Virus record (IMG/VR): IMGVR_UViG_3300042691_037543
Coordinates: 1-64,000 of that record
Origin: a virus
Length of the DNA: 64,000 nucleotides
Reading direction: 5' to 3' (one strand)
Shown here: positions 37,009 through 45,835 of the stretch, piece by piece
How positions within the stretch are numbered: position 1 is the stretch's first letter
Layout of the letters: each line of letters starts with the position of its first letter
The notes under the pieces: generated by a model
Databases searched by the model: none
Told to the model about the DNA's origin: nothing
What the model saw: only the letters and a program-made list of their open reading frames with translations
Made by a program: the position numbers and the translations under genes

Positions 37009-37444
37009 ATTTCTCGACTTCGCCGTGGACTGCCAGTCGGGCAGGCAGCACGCAGAAAGCCCCGATGGCCCACTCATGTCAGGGGCGCCGATCTGCGGCG
37101 AAGACGGGAAGCACACTTGCTACCTACCCTGTCTGCGGCGCACCGAGCTCTACTACCCCGCCTGCCGACGGCAGGGTGGGAAGTGCGGTGGGCCTGAGTA
37201 TCACGTCACCATTCGTATAAAAGTGGGCGCGCTATACGCGGTGTATCGCGTGACCAACACGATGCGCCGCCGCTGCTGGCACGTCTATGTGACCGTGCAC
37301 GTCGGGGGAAAGAGCAACAGTTGGGGGATCGTCGAAGACGCCCCCGTGCGCACGGCGCAGCAAATAAAAGACCTCGGGTTTCACGAAATTGTCGTGAGGA
37401 TGGTCAGCGAACCCGTGGTCGCAGCTATGACGAAGGAAAGCTAA
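36962..37444 (+). CDS. Cys-rich hypothetical protein
   Basis: GAGGAG RBS before ATG36962 in track ORF 36863..37444. Confidence 0.65.
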   Translation: MSTRKPLSMTSPGPIKFLDFAVDCQSGRQHAESPDGPLMSGAPICGEDGKHTCYLPCLRRTELYYPACRRQGGKCGGPEYHVTIRIKVGALYAVYRVTNTMRRRCWHVYVTVHVGGKSNSWGIVEDAPVRTAQQIKDLGFHEIVVRMVSEPVVAAMTKES

Positions 37445-37894
37445 ATGGACACGTGCGTAGACGAAGCGCTGAATCGCGGCGATCAGTGCACCCGCGAGCC
37501 GCGGATGCTGTTCCACAACCCGGTGGGGTTGTGCTCTACCGAACCCCTTGGGAACGAGCCGTGCCGTGCGGTTTCGTACATCGTCAGGATGTCGTACAAA
37601 GGCATTACGATCGTAGCCAAGCTCACGCTCAACGCGGCGGACAGGAACAACATGCTCGTACCGCGATGGCGCTGTCAGCAACCACACATGGGGTCCACGA
37701 AAGAGTTTAGCGACGCATGGTCGCGTCTGCATAGGAACGGCTACGACAAGAAAATGCAGTTGTACCCGCGGTGGCCTACGCGCGCGGCGTCGAAAGAGTT
37801 TCTTGAGCAGCGTCTCAGGGATAATTTGAAAGAGCACGTCGATCGTATCTTCGCGGCAGACACCGCGCTGCGAATGACGGAGCACACGCCGTGA
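37445..37894 (+). CDS. Hypothetical protein (149 aa)
   Basis: AAGGA RBS; abuts upstream stop. Confidence 0.72.
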   Translation: MDTCVDEALNRGDQCTREPRMLFHNPVGLCSTEPLGNEPCRAVSYIVRMSYKGITIVAKLTLNAADRNNMLVPRWRCQQPHMGSTKEFSDAWSRLHRNGYDKKMQLYPRWPTRAASKEFLEQRLRDNLKEHVDRIFAADTALRMTEHTP

Positions 37895-38280
37895 CACCCA
37901 CACCCGGTAATTCGGTCTGCGCGCGCATCGGTGCGTTCGGGTGGAGACGCAACGTGTGCCCCCCGCATTCACGGGGGCAATGCCGCCGCGCGTGTATAGA
38001 GGTGAGCACGCGAATGGGTGGCTTCCAAGCTACAGCATACTTCACGCGTGACGCGACTCGCGGCGTGTGGGTGTTCGCACGCGACCATTATGGGGACGCC
38101 CGCGTGTGGGGTGTATGGGTGCGCGATGAGCTTGCGGTCAAGTACCGCGATGCCACGACATTCACCGTGGACACCGCCCGCACATTCGTGGAGCTAGACA
38201 ATGCAAAAGAATACCTGCGAGAGCGCATCGACGCCGTGTGGGCCGGTATCACCGCGGCTGCTATGGCGTGCACCGACTGA
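37891..38280 (+). CDS. Hypothetical protein (129 aa)
   Basis: GGAG RBS, GTGA overlap. Confidence 0.7.
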   Translation: MTPTPGNSVCARIGAFGWRRNVCPPHSRGQCRRACIEVSTRMGGFQATAYFTRDATRGVWVFARDHYGDARVWGVWVRDELAVKYRDATTFTVDTARTFVELDNAKEYLRERIDAVWAGITAAAMACTD

Positions 38281-38656
38281 CAGCGCAAAGCCGCCAGAAG
38301 TCTGCAAGACCTGCGGGAGCGACCCCTGGTATCCGAATCTACCCACCGATCGGTGCGTATACCCGATGGTGTATCACATGACGATCCCCGTCCCCGGCTC
38401 TCATGTCGATGTGACTCTGCTCGATATGACTCTGCGCTTCGCTCGTGTGGGCGGTCGGTGGAGATGCGACCTCTGGGTTTCTTGGGACGCAGCGTTTCGC
38501 ACTACGCTGCACCGCGACACCATGCGGCAGATTGAAAAAGCCCGAGTGATCCCCGCGGAAACCACGACCGATAGCTGGTTGGAGGGGCTCGACTGGGCGC
38601 TCACCCACGCCGAGTGGGTAGAGGCTTGCTTCATAAGCAGCCTTTTGGCTAAATAA
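38201..38656 (+). CDS. Hypothetical protein (151 aa)
   Basis: GGAG RBS; ends at the convergent terminator. Confidence 0.62.
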   Translation: MQKNTCESASTPCGPVSPRLLWRAPTDSAKPPEVCKTCGSDPWYPNLPTDRCVYPMVYHMTIPVPGSHVDVTLLDMTLRFARVGGRWRCDLWVSWDAAFRTTLHRDTMRQIEKARVIPAETTTDSWLEGLDWALTHAEWVEACFISSLLAK

Positions 38657-38694
38657 AAAGCCCACCCAAGCCGAATGCCTGGGTGGGCTCGTTC
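38651..38694. terminator. Terminator between the convergent genome arms
   Basis: AGCCCACCCA...TGGGTGGGCT stem with AAATAAAA on the left (U-tract for - strand transcripts). Confidence 0.8.
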
Positions 38695-38730
38695 GTGGGG
38701 GGTGAACGTGCTGCCGACTCTACAGCAGCG

Positions 38731-39357
38731 TTACCCGAGGAGCCACCGCGGGCCACCGCGGGCCGCGAGCAGTTCGTTCAGCCGAAGCACAGGCTTCGTG
38801 CGGAGCACCCCGTTGGCGATCGACGTGAGCGCAATCTCGCTCATGTCCCCAGCGAGCACCCGCCCCTTGGCACCGAGCTCGCCGTTGAGGTTGTAGCCCT
38901 GCGTCAGCCCCGCGCAGACCGACTCGGGGGTGTACGCGCTCGGGTCGCCTTCGAGCACCGCGTGCACCTCGGGGCCGGTGCGGTACGCCTGCGCCTCGTA
39001 CGCCGCGAGCGCTTCCATGACCGTGAGGTAGAGCCACATGAACTTGATGGGGTCCGCGAAGAACTGCTCGACGTGAACGAGCTCGTGCAGCAACACGAGG
39101 ATGCGCTGCTTACGGCTCCACTTGCGCGGGATGAAGATGAACATGCCGAGCGTGGTGGCGTAGTTCTCCAGAAACTCCTTCGGTGCGGGCACCCCCGGCA
39201 GAAGCCCGAGCTGGCGCCCGACCCCGAAGGCTTCTGCCACGCCGCGCATGACGAAGTTGTCTTCCTTGTCGAGCACGATGGCGCCCGTGCCCTTCACGAG
39301 CTCCGCTTCGAGCTCGGCGCACCGCTCGTCGTTCCACTCCCTGTCGATCAGTTGCAT
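38731..39357 (-). CDS. HEXXH zinc metalloprotease-like protein
   Basis: ATTLGMFIF...LLHELVHVEQ...YEAQAY; AAGGAG RBS before ATG39357. Confidence 0.75.
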   Translation of the reverse strand: MQLIDREWNDERCAELEAELVKGTGAIVLDKEDNFVMRGVAEAFGVGRQLGLLPGVPAPKEFLENYATTLGMFIFIPRKWSRKQRILVLLHELVHVEQFFADPIKFMWLYLTVMEALAAYEAQAYRTGPEVHAVLEGDPSAYTPESVCAGLTQGYNLNGELGAKGRVLAGDMSEIALTSIANGVLRTKPVLRLNELLAARGGPRWLLG

Positions 39358-39671
39358 CGGGCGTCTCCTTCGGCTTCGTGGATCACCACGACGGTTGCGG
39401 TGTGCGTGTAGAGCTTGATGTGCTGATGGCACGGGCGTGGTGACACGCACCGCGGGCACTCGCTCGACGTGGCGAAGTCATCTTCGGCCCACTCATACAG
39501 CGCACCTACGTCGGGGGCGCGCAGCGGGCTCTTGGCGGCGTGCTCGGGTACTTCGACGCTGCCTTCGGCGTCGTTTTCCTCGACGATCCACCCGGCGCCG
39601 TGCCTACGAATATCCACCTCGCGGCGAACTTCGTAGGTCGGAAGGTCACTGTGCGTCGGTGGTTCCGGCAT
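39348..39671 (-). CDS. Hypothetical protein with CxxC...CxH motif
   Basis: CPRCVSPRPCHQH; fills the gap between neighbours. Confidence 0.55.
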   Translation of the reverse strand: MPEPPTHSDLPTYEVRREVDIRRHGAGWIVEENDAEGSVEVPEHAAKSPLRAPDVGALYEWAEDDFATSSECPRCVSPRPCHQHIKLYTHTATVVVIHEAEGDARCN

Positions 39672-40218
39672 CGCCGCTGACCATGCACGCGAGGGCGGGC
39701 ACACACGCATGGACGAGCCGTCCCCGTGGGGATAGCGCCTCGCAGCACACCGCCCCCGGCGTCGTCGAGCAGGGCTCCCCGTTCACCTCCACGGGCGTCC
39801 ACCGCTGCGTCTGGCTGCACACCTCGGGGCTGTTGTTGTGGCAGCGGGTCGAGCTCGGGACACACCCCGAGGGGTTGGGTAGCCGGGGGCACGCCGCGAG
39901 CACGAGGGTCGCCAGGGTGAACACCCCGGCGAGCCAAACGAGCGACGCCCACCGAACGTGGCCCGACTGCCCCCGCGGGGGCTCCTCGGGCTTGGGCTCC
40001 GCGGGCTGAAACAGGCTGCGCCCGACGACGGGCCACGAGAGCTTGTTCTGCGCCCCGTTGCGGGTGACCGCCGAGAGCCGGTCGATCAGCAGCTCGACGA
40101 GCGCCTTCGGGCGGCCCTTGAGCATCGGGTTGACGAGGTTCACGAGCACGAACAGCGCGACGACGCACACCTCGAAGGGGTGCGCGAGAATCCACGTCCA
40201 GACTACCTGCATGTTCAC
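39646..40218 (-). CDS. Membrane protein (holin/spanin candidate) with internal lipobox and Cys-rich tail
   Basis: N-terminal TM; second hydrophobic stretch ending VLAAC; 8 further Cys. Confidence 0.65.
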   Translation of the reverse strand: MNMQVVWTWILAHPFEVCVVALFVLVNLVNPMLKGRPKALVELLIDRLSAVTRNGAQNKLSWPVVGRSLFQPAEPKPEEPPRGQSGHVRWASLVWLAGVFTLATLVLAACPRLPNPSGCVPSSTRCHNNSPEVCSQTQRWTPVEVNGEPCSTTPGAVCCEALSPRGRLVHACVPALACMVSGDAGTTDAQ

Positions 40219-40754
40219 GGTGCCGTACCTTTCTCGGGAGCGTGGTGCCGCCGAATCTCAGCGATCAAGTCCTCGTAGCGCCGCTCTTGCTGCTCGCGGA
40301 GTGTGCGCTCGGAGCGTAGCTCTTGCGCCATCACTTCGACGCGCGCCGCTGCGTCTTGCGCGACAGCCATCGCGCCGACGAGCTCTCTGTGGCAGTCGTC
40401 GCGCTGCCGGACAAGCTCCTCTTTTGCGACGTTCGCCGCGGCTTCGACCATCGCGATGCGCGTGTGCAGGTCACGGTTCTGGTCGAACAGCCCGCGAATC
40501 ATCGCCTGCACGGTCATGTTCGACGCTTCGATCGCTGCGCGCTCCGCAATCACCTCTTGCGTGCGTACGGCGCTGACCGCCTCGAGCGTGGCTTGCTCGG
40601 TGCGCTCCTCCGCAACCCGTGCCGCGGTGAGGGACCGCACCTCGGAAGCGCGCCGCATCTCGCGTGAGCGAAAGTACCCGGCGGCGGCGCCGACGCCACC
40701 ACCCGCACCGAATACTGCGCTGAGCAGCGGGATCAGTAGTTCGCTCATCGCCAT
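40215..40754 (-). CDS. N-terminal TM plus coiled-coil protein (lysis cassette candidate)
   Basis: LLIPLLSAVFGAGGGVGAAAGYF followed by heptads. Confidence 0.7.
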   Translation of the reverse strand: MAMSELLIPLLSAVFGAGGGVGAAAGYFRSREMRRASEVRSLTAARVAEERTEQATLEAVSAVRTQEVIAERAAIEASNMTVQAMIRGLFDQNRDLHTRIAMVEAAANVAKEELVRQRDDCHRELVGAMAVAQDAAARVEVMAQELRSERTLREQQERRYEDLIAEIRRHHAPEKGTAP

Positions 40755-40755
40755 G

Positions 40756-41160
40756 TCACACCCCCGCGGAGGGCTGGAGGGAGTACACGGCAAGCGGAAC
40801 GACTACCGTACGGTCGCTCCCCTCGACCATCACCACGTCGTAGACGTAGCGGCCAGGGTCCATCGTATTGTTCGCCGCGGTGACGGGGAACGTCACGACA
40901 CCCCGAGCCGCGTCGGTCAGCACGCCGGCCACCGAGAACCCCGGCGGCACGGTGCGCTGGAGGGTGTTTCGCTTCACCGTGAGCGTGAGGGTTTTCCCCG
41001 TCAGGTTGTGCGGGGAGCCATCGGCGTTCACGACGTAGACCGTGACCGTGAGGTTCGACTTCGCTTGCGCGGTGAGCTGGTGCCCCGCGGGCTGCGTAAG
41101 CGCGGTGCTCAGCCGCGAGCCGTCGTAGACGATCCCGAGTAGAGTTTGTGCGTTCATCAC
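40756..41160 (-). CDS. BppU-like Ig-fold structural adaptor
   Basis: NLTGKTLTLTVK...DAARGVV...GRYVYDV. Confidence 0.7.
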   Translation of the reverse strand: MMNAQTLLGIVYDGSRLSTALTQPAGHQLTAQAKSNLTVTVYVVNADGSPHNLTGKTLTLTVKRNTLQRTVPPGFSVAGVLTDAARGVVTFPVTAANNTMDPGRYVYDVVMVEGSDRTVVVPLAVYSLQPSAGV

Positions 41161-41495
41161 AGCCTCGCGGTGACGACGATGGTGCCGTAGCTACCGTCGT
41201 CGGGTACGACCACGACGGTAGCGCCCACGGTAACGACGTACTGGTAGTCGTACGTCCCCGGCTGGAGGTCAGTAGTAGCGAACGTGGTGTCCACGTTGCC
41301 GTCGGTGGCGGGGGATACGACCGAAGGGGTTTTCGTGACGCGCACGCCGAGGTCGCGGTGCTTCGCAACGAGGCTCACGGTAGCCGCGGTCAGGTCGATC
41401 GGCTCCCCGCCCTGTGTCAGCGTGTCGCGCAGCACGGGGAGGGTGGCGCCCTCGCTGATATAGAACTCGCTCAGGCACCCGCAGCTCATGGTCAA
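41157..41495 (-). CDS. BppU-like Ig-fold structural adaptor
   Basis: YISEGATLPVL...PIDLTAATV...GTYDYQYVVT...PDDG. Confidence 0.75.
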   Translation of the reverse strand: MTMSCGCLSEFYISEGATLPVLRDTLTQGGEPIDLTAATVSLVAKHRDLGVRVTKTPSVVSPATDGNVDTTFATTDLQPGTYDYQYVVTVGATVVVVPDDGSYGTIVVTARL

Positions 41496-42511
41496 CGCCT
41501 CCGTCGGAAGGACGATACCGCGCGAAGGCGCCCCACGGCAGTCGTGGTCGTGCGCTCCGCGGCGAGGGCTTCCGTCGTCTCTCGGCCAACGCCGACGGCG
41601 GCTGTGCTCGGGCGCTGCTGTGGGGTGAGCGCGGTCGTCGTACGCGGGGCGAGGCGGAACACGCGCAGCGCCCCGACGACGTATCCGACTCCGGCGGCCT
41701 GCGCGGAGAGGCCCGCGCGGTTTACGAGTGTGCCGGCGGCGCTGGACGTACCCGTGGAGACGGCCGCGAGTGCGCGCAGTGCGCTGAGAGCCCCTGCAAC
41801 GGTGGCCGCACCGTCGGCGTGCGCCGAGAGGTAGACCGCGCGGGATAGACTGCCGCTGACGACAGCGCTTCCGGCAGCACTGCCGGCGAGGATGCGCGTC
41901 GCGACGAGGCGCCCTTCTGCGGTGGCGTCGCCGTCCGAAGAGCCGGCGAGTAGGCGCGCGACGCCGAGGGTTCCGCCGGCCGTGGCGGCGCCGTTGGCCG
42001 CGCCAGCCAGGGTTCGCGTCGCCGCGAGCGCGCCGGAGACAGTGGCTACGCCGTCCGCGCGTCCTGTGAGGAGGCGCAGGATGGCGAGGGTTCCGGCCGC
42101 AGTCGCTTCACCCGCACTCGCCGCAGCAAGACCACGGGTCGCGGCCAAGGCGCCGGCAACGGTCGCCACGCCGTCGGACTGGCCGGCGAGAGACTTTGCC
42201 GTAGCGAGGGTTCCGCTGGCGGTCGCGGCACCATCGGCGCTCGCGGAGAGATCGCGGAGAGCTCCGAGGGTCGCACTGGCTGTCGCTACACCGTCTGCGC
42301 GGCCCGCGAGTTGAGCGAGTACGCCGAGTGCTCCTCCCGCGGTGGCTACACCCGCAGAGCTCCCCGCCAGGGTGCGCGTAACGGCGAGCGCCCCGCCGGC
42401 CGTAGCAACGCCTGCGGAGGAGCCCGCGAGATCGACCGTCGCGCCCGCGTTCGAGAGGGCAACGTCGAAACCGCCGGCCCCGTTGTCGCGTAGCGAAACG
42501 TCGAAACTCAC
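41492..42511 (-). CDS. Ala/Gly-rich protein with 13 tandem 20-aa repeats
   Basis: Unit resembles LAGxAxGxATxxGxLxxxRx, repeated in register. Confidence 0.85.
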   Translation of the reverse strand: MSFDVSLRDNGAGGFDVALSNAGATVDLAGSSAGVATAGGALAVTRTLAGSSAGVATAGGALGVLAQLAGRADGVATASATLGALRDLSASADGAATASGTLATAKSLAGQSDGVATVAGALAATRGLAAASAGEATAAGTLAILRLLTGRADGVATVSGALAATRTLAGAANGAATAGGTLGVARLLAGSSDGDATAEGRLVATRILAGSAAGSAVVSGSLSRAVYLSAHADGAATVAGALSALRALAAVSTGTSSAAGTLVNRAGLSAQAAGVGYVVGALRVFRLAPRTTTALTPQQRPSTAAVGVGRETTEALAAERTTTTAVGRLRAVSSFRRRR

Positions 42512-42522
42512 GGCGCGCCTCC

Positions 42523-44505
42523 CTAGGTCAGCGTAGCCGTTGCGTTGTCGCTCCGACCGAGGTGGGTGGAGTCCTCGCGGGCTGAAACGAACGTGGGGTT
42601 GACGTTCGTATCGACGAGCGCGGTGTACGAGCCGTCACCGCTGCGGTTCGTCTCGCCCGTGAGTTCGTTGAGTACCGCGTCGTACGCGAGCAGGGTCACC
42701 GTACCGCCCGAGCTCCCCGTGACGTTGCCAGTCGCGGCATAGCGGTAGGCGTGCCACGTCACCCACACGCCCGTTCCCATTCGGTACGTCGCGGTGACCG
42801 TGCGCAGCCGGTAGTTGCGCGCCGTCTCGATGTTCGCGCGCCCGGTGATCGTCGGGCGGTAGTTGAAGAATTCCGTGACAACGTGCGTCGCGCCGTACGT
42901 CCCGAGCTCGGCGTCGAGCACGACGTACACGGTTGGGATCGCGTGCGTCCACCCGTAGGAGTTGAACTCCCCCGACTGGTTTGCGAACTGGAGAACGAGC
43001 GCGTTCGTGGCGCCGACGCGCCCCTCGAACTGGTAGCCCACGTTCAGCAGCCGGTAGCTGCTCTCGGGAATGACCGGCGTGCGCATCCCCGAGCTGATCG
43101 TAGTGATCGTCGGCTGCGCGCCGCTCGTCGGAGCGGCCTGCTCCAGCAGCCAGTAGGTCGAGTGCGAGCCGCGGAACGCCGCCGGGGAGCCTCCCTCCGT
43201 CGCGATGTCCGACTCGTAGTTGAGGTAGATCACCCCGTACTGCACCGAAAACGTCGTGGCAGCCGTCGTGTACTGCCGCGCGGAGCAGTTGTTGTTGCCG
43301 CGCACGAGAGTGATCGACGAGTTGTGGTCGATCCGGTGGATGACCGACGAGCCGCCCGAGTTCGTCAGGTTCGCGAGAGTGTAGCTTCGCTCGGCCTGCG
43401 CACCGGCCCACATGCGGAACGTGGCGCCCGCGGGCGCGTTCCCGCGAATCTGCACGCCGCTCTGTTTCAGCGTGATCGTGCCCGCGTCCTCGATCCAGAG
43501 CGCTTGCCCAACGTCCTCGGCGTCCGCGGTGGTCGTGGCCTGGACGTAGATGTTCTCGTCGCCAAGGCTACACGGCAGCACGAGCGAGTTGAGCACCCTC
43601 GTCGTGGTCGTCGGGTTGTACTCGTAGGTGACGACGAGCAGCGCGCCGCAGCACTCGAAGCGCCCGGTGAGCCCGCCGCGGGCCTTTGCCGCGTGCGCGC
43701 TCGCGGTGCTGTAGGTCGCCGTGTCATAGGGGATCAGATCGCGGTAGTAGGCGCCGCCGTTGAGCGCGCCCTCGCGAAACCCGCGAACCAGCTCAGGGTC
43801 GCTGTCGATGGCGAAGTAGAAGATGAAGTCCGTCGTTGCGGCTGCGGCGTCGTTGCACTCGACGATGAAGTACGCCTGCCGGATCACCTTGCTGGCTTCG
43901 GGAAGGAAGGTGTCGAGGGCCGGAATCTGGTTCGCCGGGGCGTTGTTCGTGCCGCCCGTCGTGCCGAACTCTTGCAACACCGCCGTGAGCGTCGTGTGGT
44001 GCGACTGCAGCGGGATCACCACGGTCTTGAGCTCCGCGGTGATGCCCGCGTCGTCGTACTCGTAGGTGATGAACAACTCACACGTCAGCAGCCCGACGAA
44101 CACTGCGGCGCTCGCCTGCGCGACGAACGACCACTCGCAGGTCTGCGAAGCGCCCGCGCCGAAATTCGTGACGAAGTAACTCGTCACGTCGCGCGTGAAC
44201 CCAATCACGCTCTCGGGGTCGCCTGTGTTGGTTTGCGCCGTCGGCGTCCAATCTTGGTCGCTCACCGCGACGGCGCCGAGCTTGATGCCCAGGCGCACGC
44301 CGGTCAGGTTCGACGCAATCGCCGCTTCCCAGTTGAAAGAAACGACCATCGCCACGCTGCGGATAGTGCGCGAGGTCGTCTCGGGGAGATGGATTGTCGT
44401 CGCCGCGCTGTTGAACCGCGTGCTCGCCGCGAACGTGGTGTCCGCGGTGATCGACAAGACGCGGGTTTCGAGCGCGTAGCGGACCGTCTTGGTGCGCAGC
44501 GCCAC
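42523..44505 (-). CDS. Virion fibre/receptor-binding candidate (660 aa)
   Basis: Thr/Ala/aromatic beta-rich composition; located in the fibre cassette. Confidence 0.7.
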   Translation of the reverse strand: MALRTKTVRYALETRVLSITADTTFAASTRFNSAATTIHLPETTSRTIRSVAMVVSFNWEAAIASNLTGVRLGIKLGAVAVSDQDWTPTAQTNTGDPESVIGFTRDVTSYFVTNFGAGASQTCEWSFVAQASAAVFVGLLTCELFITYEYDDAGITAELKTVVIPLQSHHTTLTAVLQEFGTTGGTNNAPANQIPALDTFLPEASKVIRQAYFIVECNDAAAATTDFIFYFAIDSDPELVRGFREGALNGGAYYRDLIPYDTATYSTASAHAAKARGGLTGRFECCGALLVVTYEYNPTTTTRVLNSLVLPCSLGDENIYVQATTTADAEDVGQALWIEDAGTITLKQSGVQIRGNAPAGATFRMWAGAQAERSYTLANLTNSGGSSVIHRIDHNSSITLVRGNNNCSARQYTTAATTFSVQYGVIYLNYESDIATEGGSPAAFRGSHSTYWLLEQAAPTSGAQPTITTISSGMRTPVIPESSYRLLNVGYQFEGRVGATNALVLQFANQSGEFNSYGWTHAIPTVYVVLDAELGTYGATHVVTEFFNYRPTITGRANIETARNYRLRTVTATYRMGTGVWVTWHAYRYAATGNVTGSSGGTVTLLAYDAVLNELTGETNRSGDGSYTALVDTNVNPTFVSAREDSTHLGRSDNATATLT

Positions 44506-44508
44506 GGA

Positions 44509-44913
44509 TCACGTCTCCGTGATGTCGAGCTCACCCGCGGCGAACTGCGCCGTGTCGCCGCTGCCGATCGCCTTCGGCGTCGTCAGGTCGCCCCAGTAGA
44601 GCATGTTGCCGCCGCTGCTCGCGTCCATGATCGCGAACGCAACGACGGTGCCCCACGAAGCGGATGCCGTGGTGAACGAGATCGTCGAGGTGTTCGCGGT
44701 GGCGCCGCCCGACGCGGCGTCCCACGTCCCACCCGCGCGGGAGACGGCGGCGCGGGCGTAGCTCCCGCCCGTCACCTCGGTCCCGCCCCCGGCGTCCGTC
44801 GGGGCGACGGTGAACAGCGCGACGTACAGCGTGCCGGGGAGGCTCAGCGCTACGCCGCGCAGGAGGTCGTTGAGCAGGTTGTTCGAGAAAGCGGTGGTCT
44901 TGCTACCGGCCAT
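44509..44913 (-). CDS. Small phage fibre-associated structural protein
   Basis: LYVALFT.AP....GTEV.GGSYAR...ISF......WGTV...AIMDASSGGN.LY..L, a widespread phage family. Confidence 0.85.
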   Translation of the reverse strand: MAGSKTTAFSNNLLNDLLRGVALSLPGTLYVALFTVAPTDAGGGTEVTGGSYARAAVSRAGGTWDAASGGATANTSTISFTTASASWGTVVAFAIMDASSGGNMLYWGDLTTPKAIGSGDTAQFAAGELDITET

Positions 44914-45505
44914 GCGCGGACGATAGCACGGTCAGTAGCCGCACATCCGCGTGGCGCAGGTACACGTCGAGGCTCAGTCCGTCGCCGAGGTCAGGGATAC
45001 GCGGAGCGAGGATCGCGGGGCCGAACACCTCCTCATGGCAGTCGGCTACCTCGCTGGGGAACGCACAGACATGGCCGAGCCAGCGGTGACGGTCCCAGGT
45101 CAGCCAGTGGAGCAGCTCGTGGGTCGCCACCCACGCGAGCACGTCCTCACTCGGCGTACACGCCGGGTCGATCTCGACGTACCGCGCCCCCGCGACGTAC
45201 CGCCCCGAGCCCTCCACCGCGCAGCTCGACGCCGGGTAGGCGTAGATCACCACGTCCGCGCTCCCGGTGCCGCTCGCGACCCAGGTATCGCCCGTCGCAG
45301 CGAGCACGCGGAGCACGCGACCGAGGAGCACTTCGCGCTGCTCGGGTCGCCATCCCGTCGTGCCGTCGAGACTGTCCTCCGCTGCGACGCGGATTGTGCG
45401 CCCGGTGAGTCGCGCGTGAAACTCCTCCGCGGGGCACGCGAGGAGTAGCGCGCTGAGGAGAATCGCGACGGCTACGCGCAGGGCGGTCGCCAAGGAGTGC
45501 GTCAC
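44903..45505 (-). CDS. Lipoprotein with HEXXH metalloprotease motif
   Basis: Signal peptide ending LLLAC; ATHELLH...LGH. Confidence 0.65.
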   Translation of the reverse strand: MTHSLATALRVAVAILLSALLLACPAEEFHARLTGRTIRVAAEDSLDGTTGWRPEQREVLLGRVLRVLAATGDTWVASGTGSADVVIYAYPASSCAVEGSGRYVAGARYVEIDPACTPSEDVLAWVATHELLHWLTWDRHRWLGHVCAFPSEVADCHEEVFGPAILAPRIPDLGDGLSLDVYLRHADVRLLTVLSSAHGR

Positions 45506-45834
45506 GGCCGAGGCCCACGCCCCGGGGGCCATCCGAAGGGGGGCTCTTTCGAGTCCGCGGGAGCCTTGAATGCGGTTGGCTCCGCGTTCTCTGCTACACG
45601 AAGCACGGCACGCTCCTCACCGCGCAGGCGCGCTTCAAACTCGGGCGGGATGATCGCCTCACCGGCTGCGTCTACCTCGACCGCCTCGGTCGTAGCGCAG
45701 AGGTGCAACGGGACGTGGTGGCCACCGCCCGCACGATCCGCCTCCGTAGCCTGCTTCGGGTAGCCGAGCTCCGTGCGCAGTCGCGCGCGCAGTCCGTCCA
45801 CTACTTCCTTCGGTGGAGGAACTCGCTTTGCCAT
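45502..45834 (-). CDS. Hypothetical protein (110 aa)
   Basis: ATG45834 immediately after the upstream stop. Confidence 0.6.
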   Translation of the reverse strand: MAKRVPPPKEVVDGLRARLRTELGYPKQATEADRAGGGHHVPLHLCATTEAVEVDAAGEAIIPPEFEARLRGEERAVLRVAENAEPTAFKAPADSKEPPFGWPPGRGPRP

Positions 45835-45835
45835 C

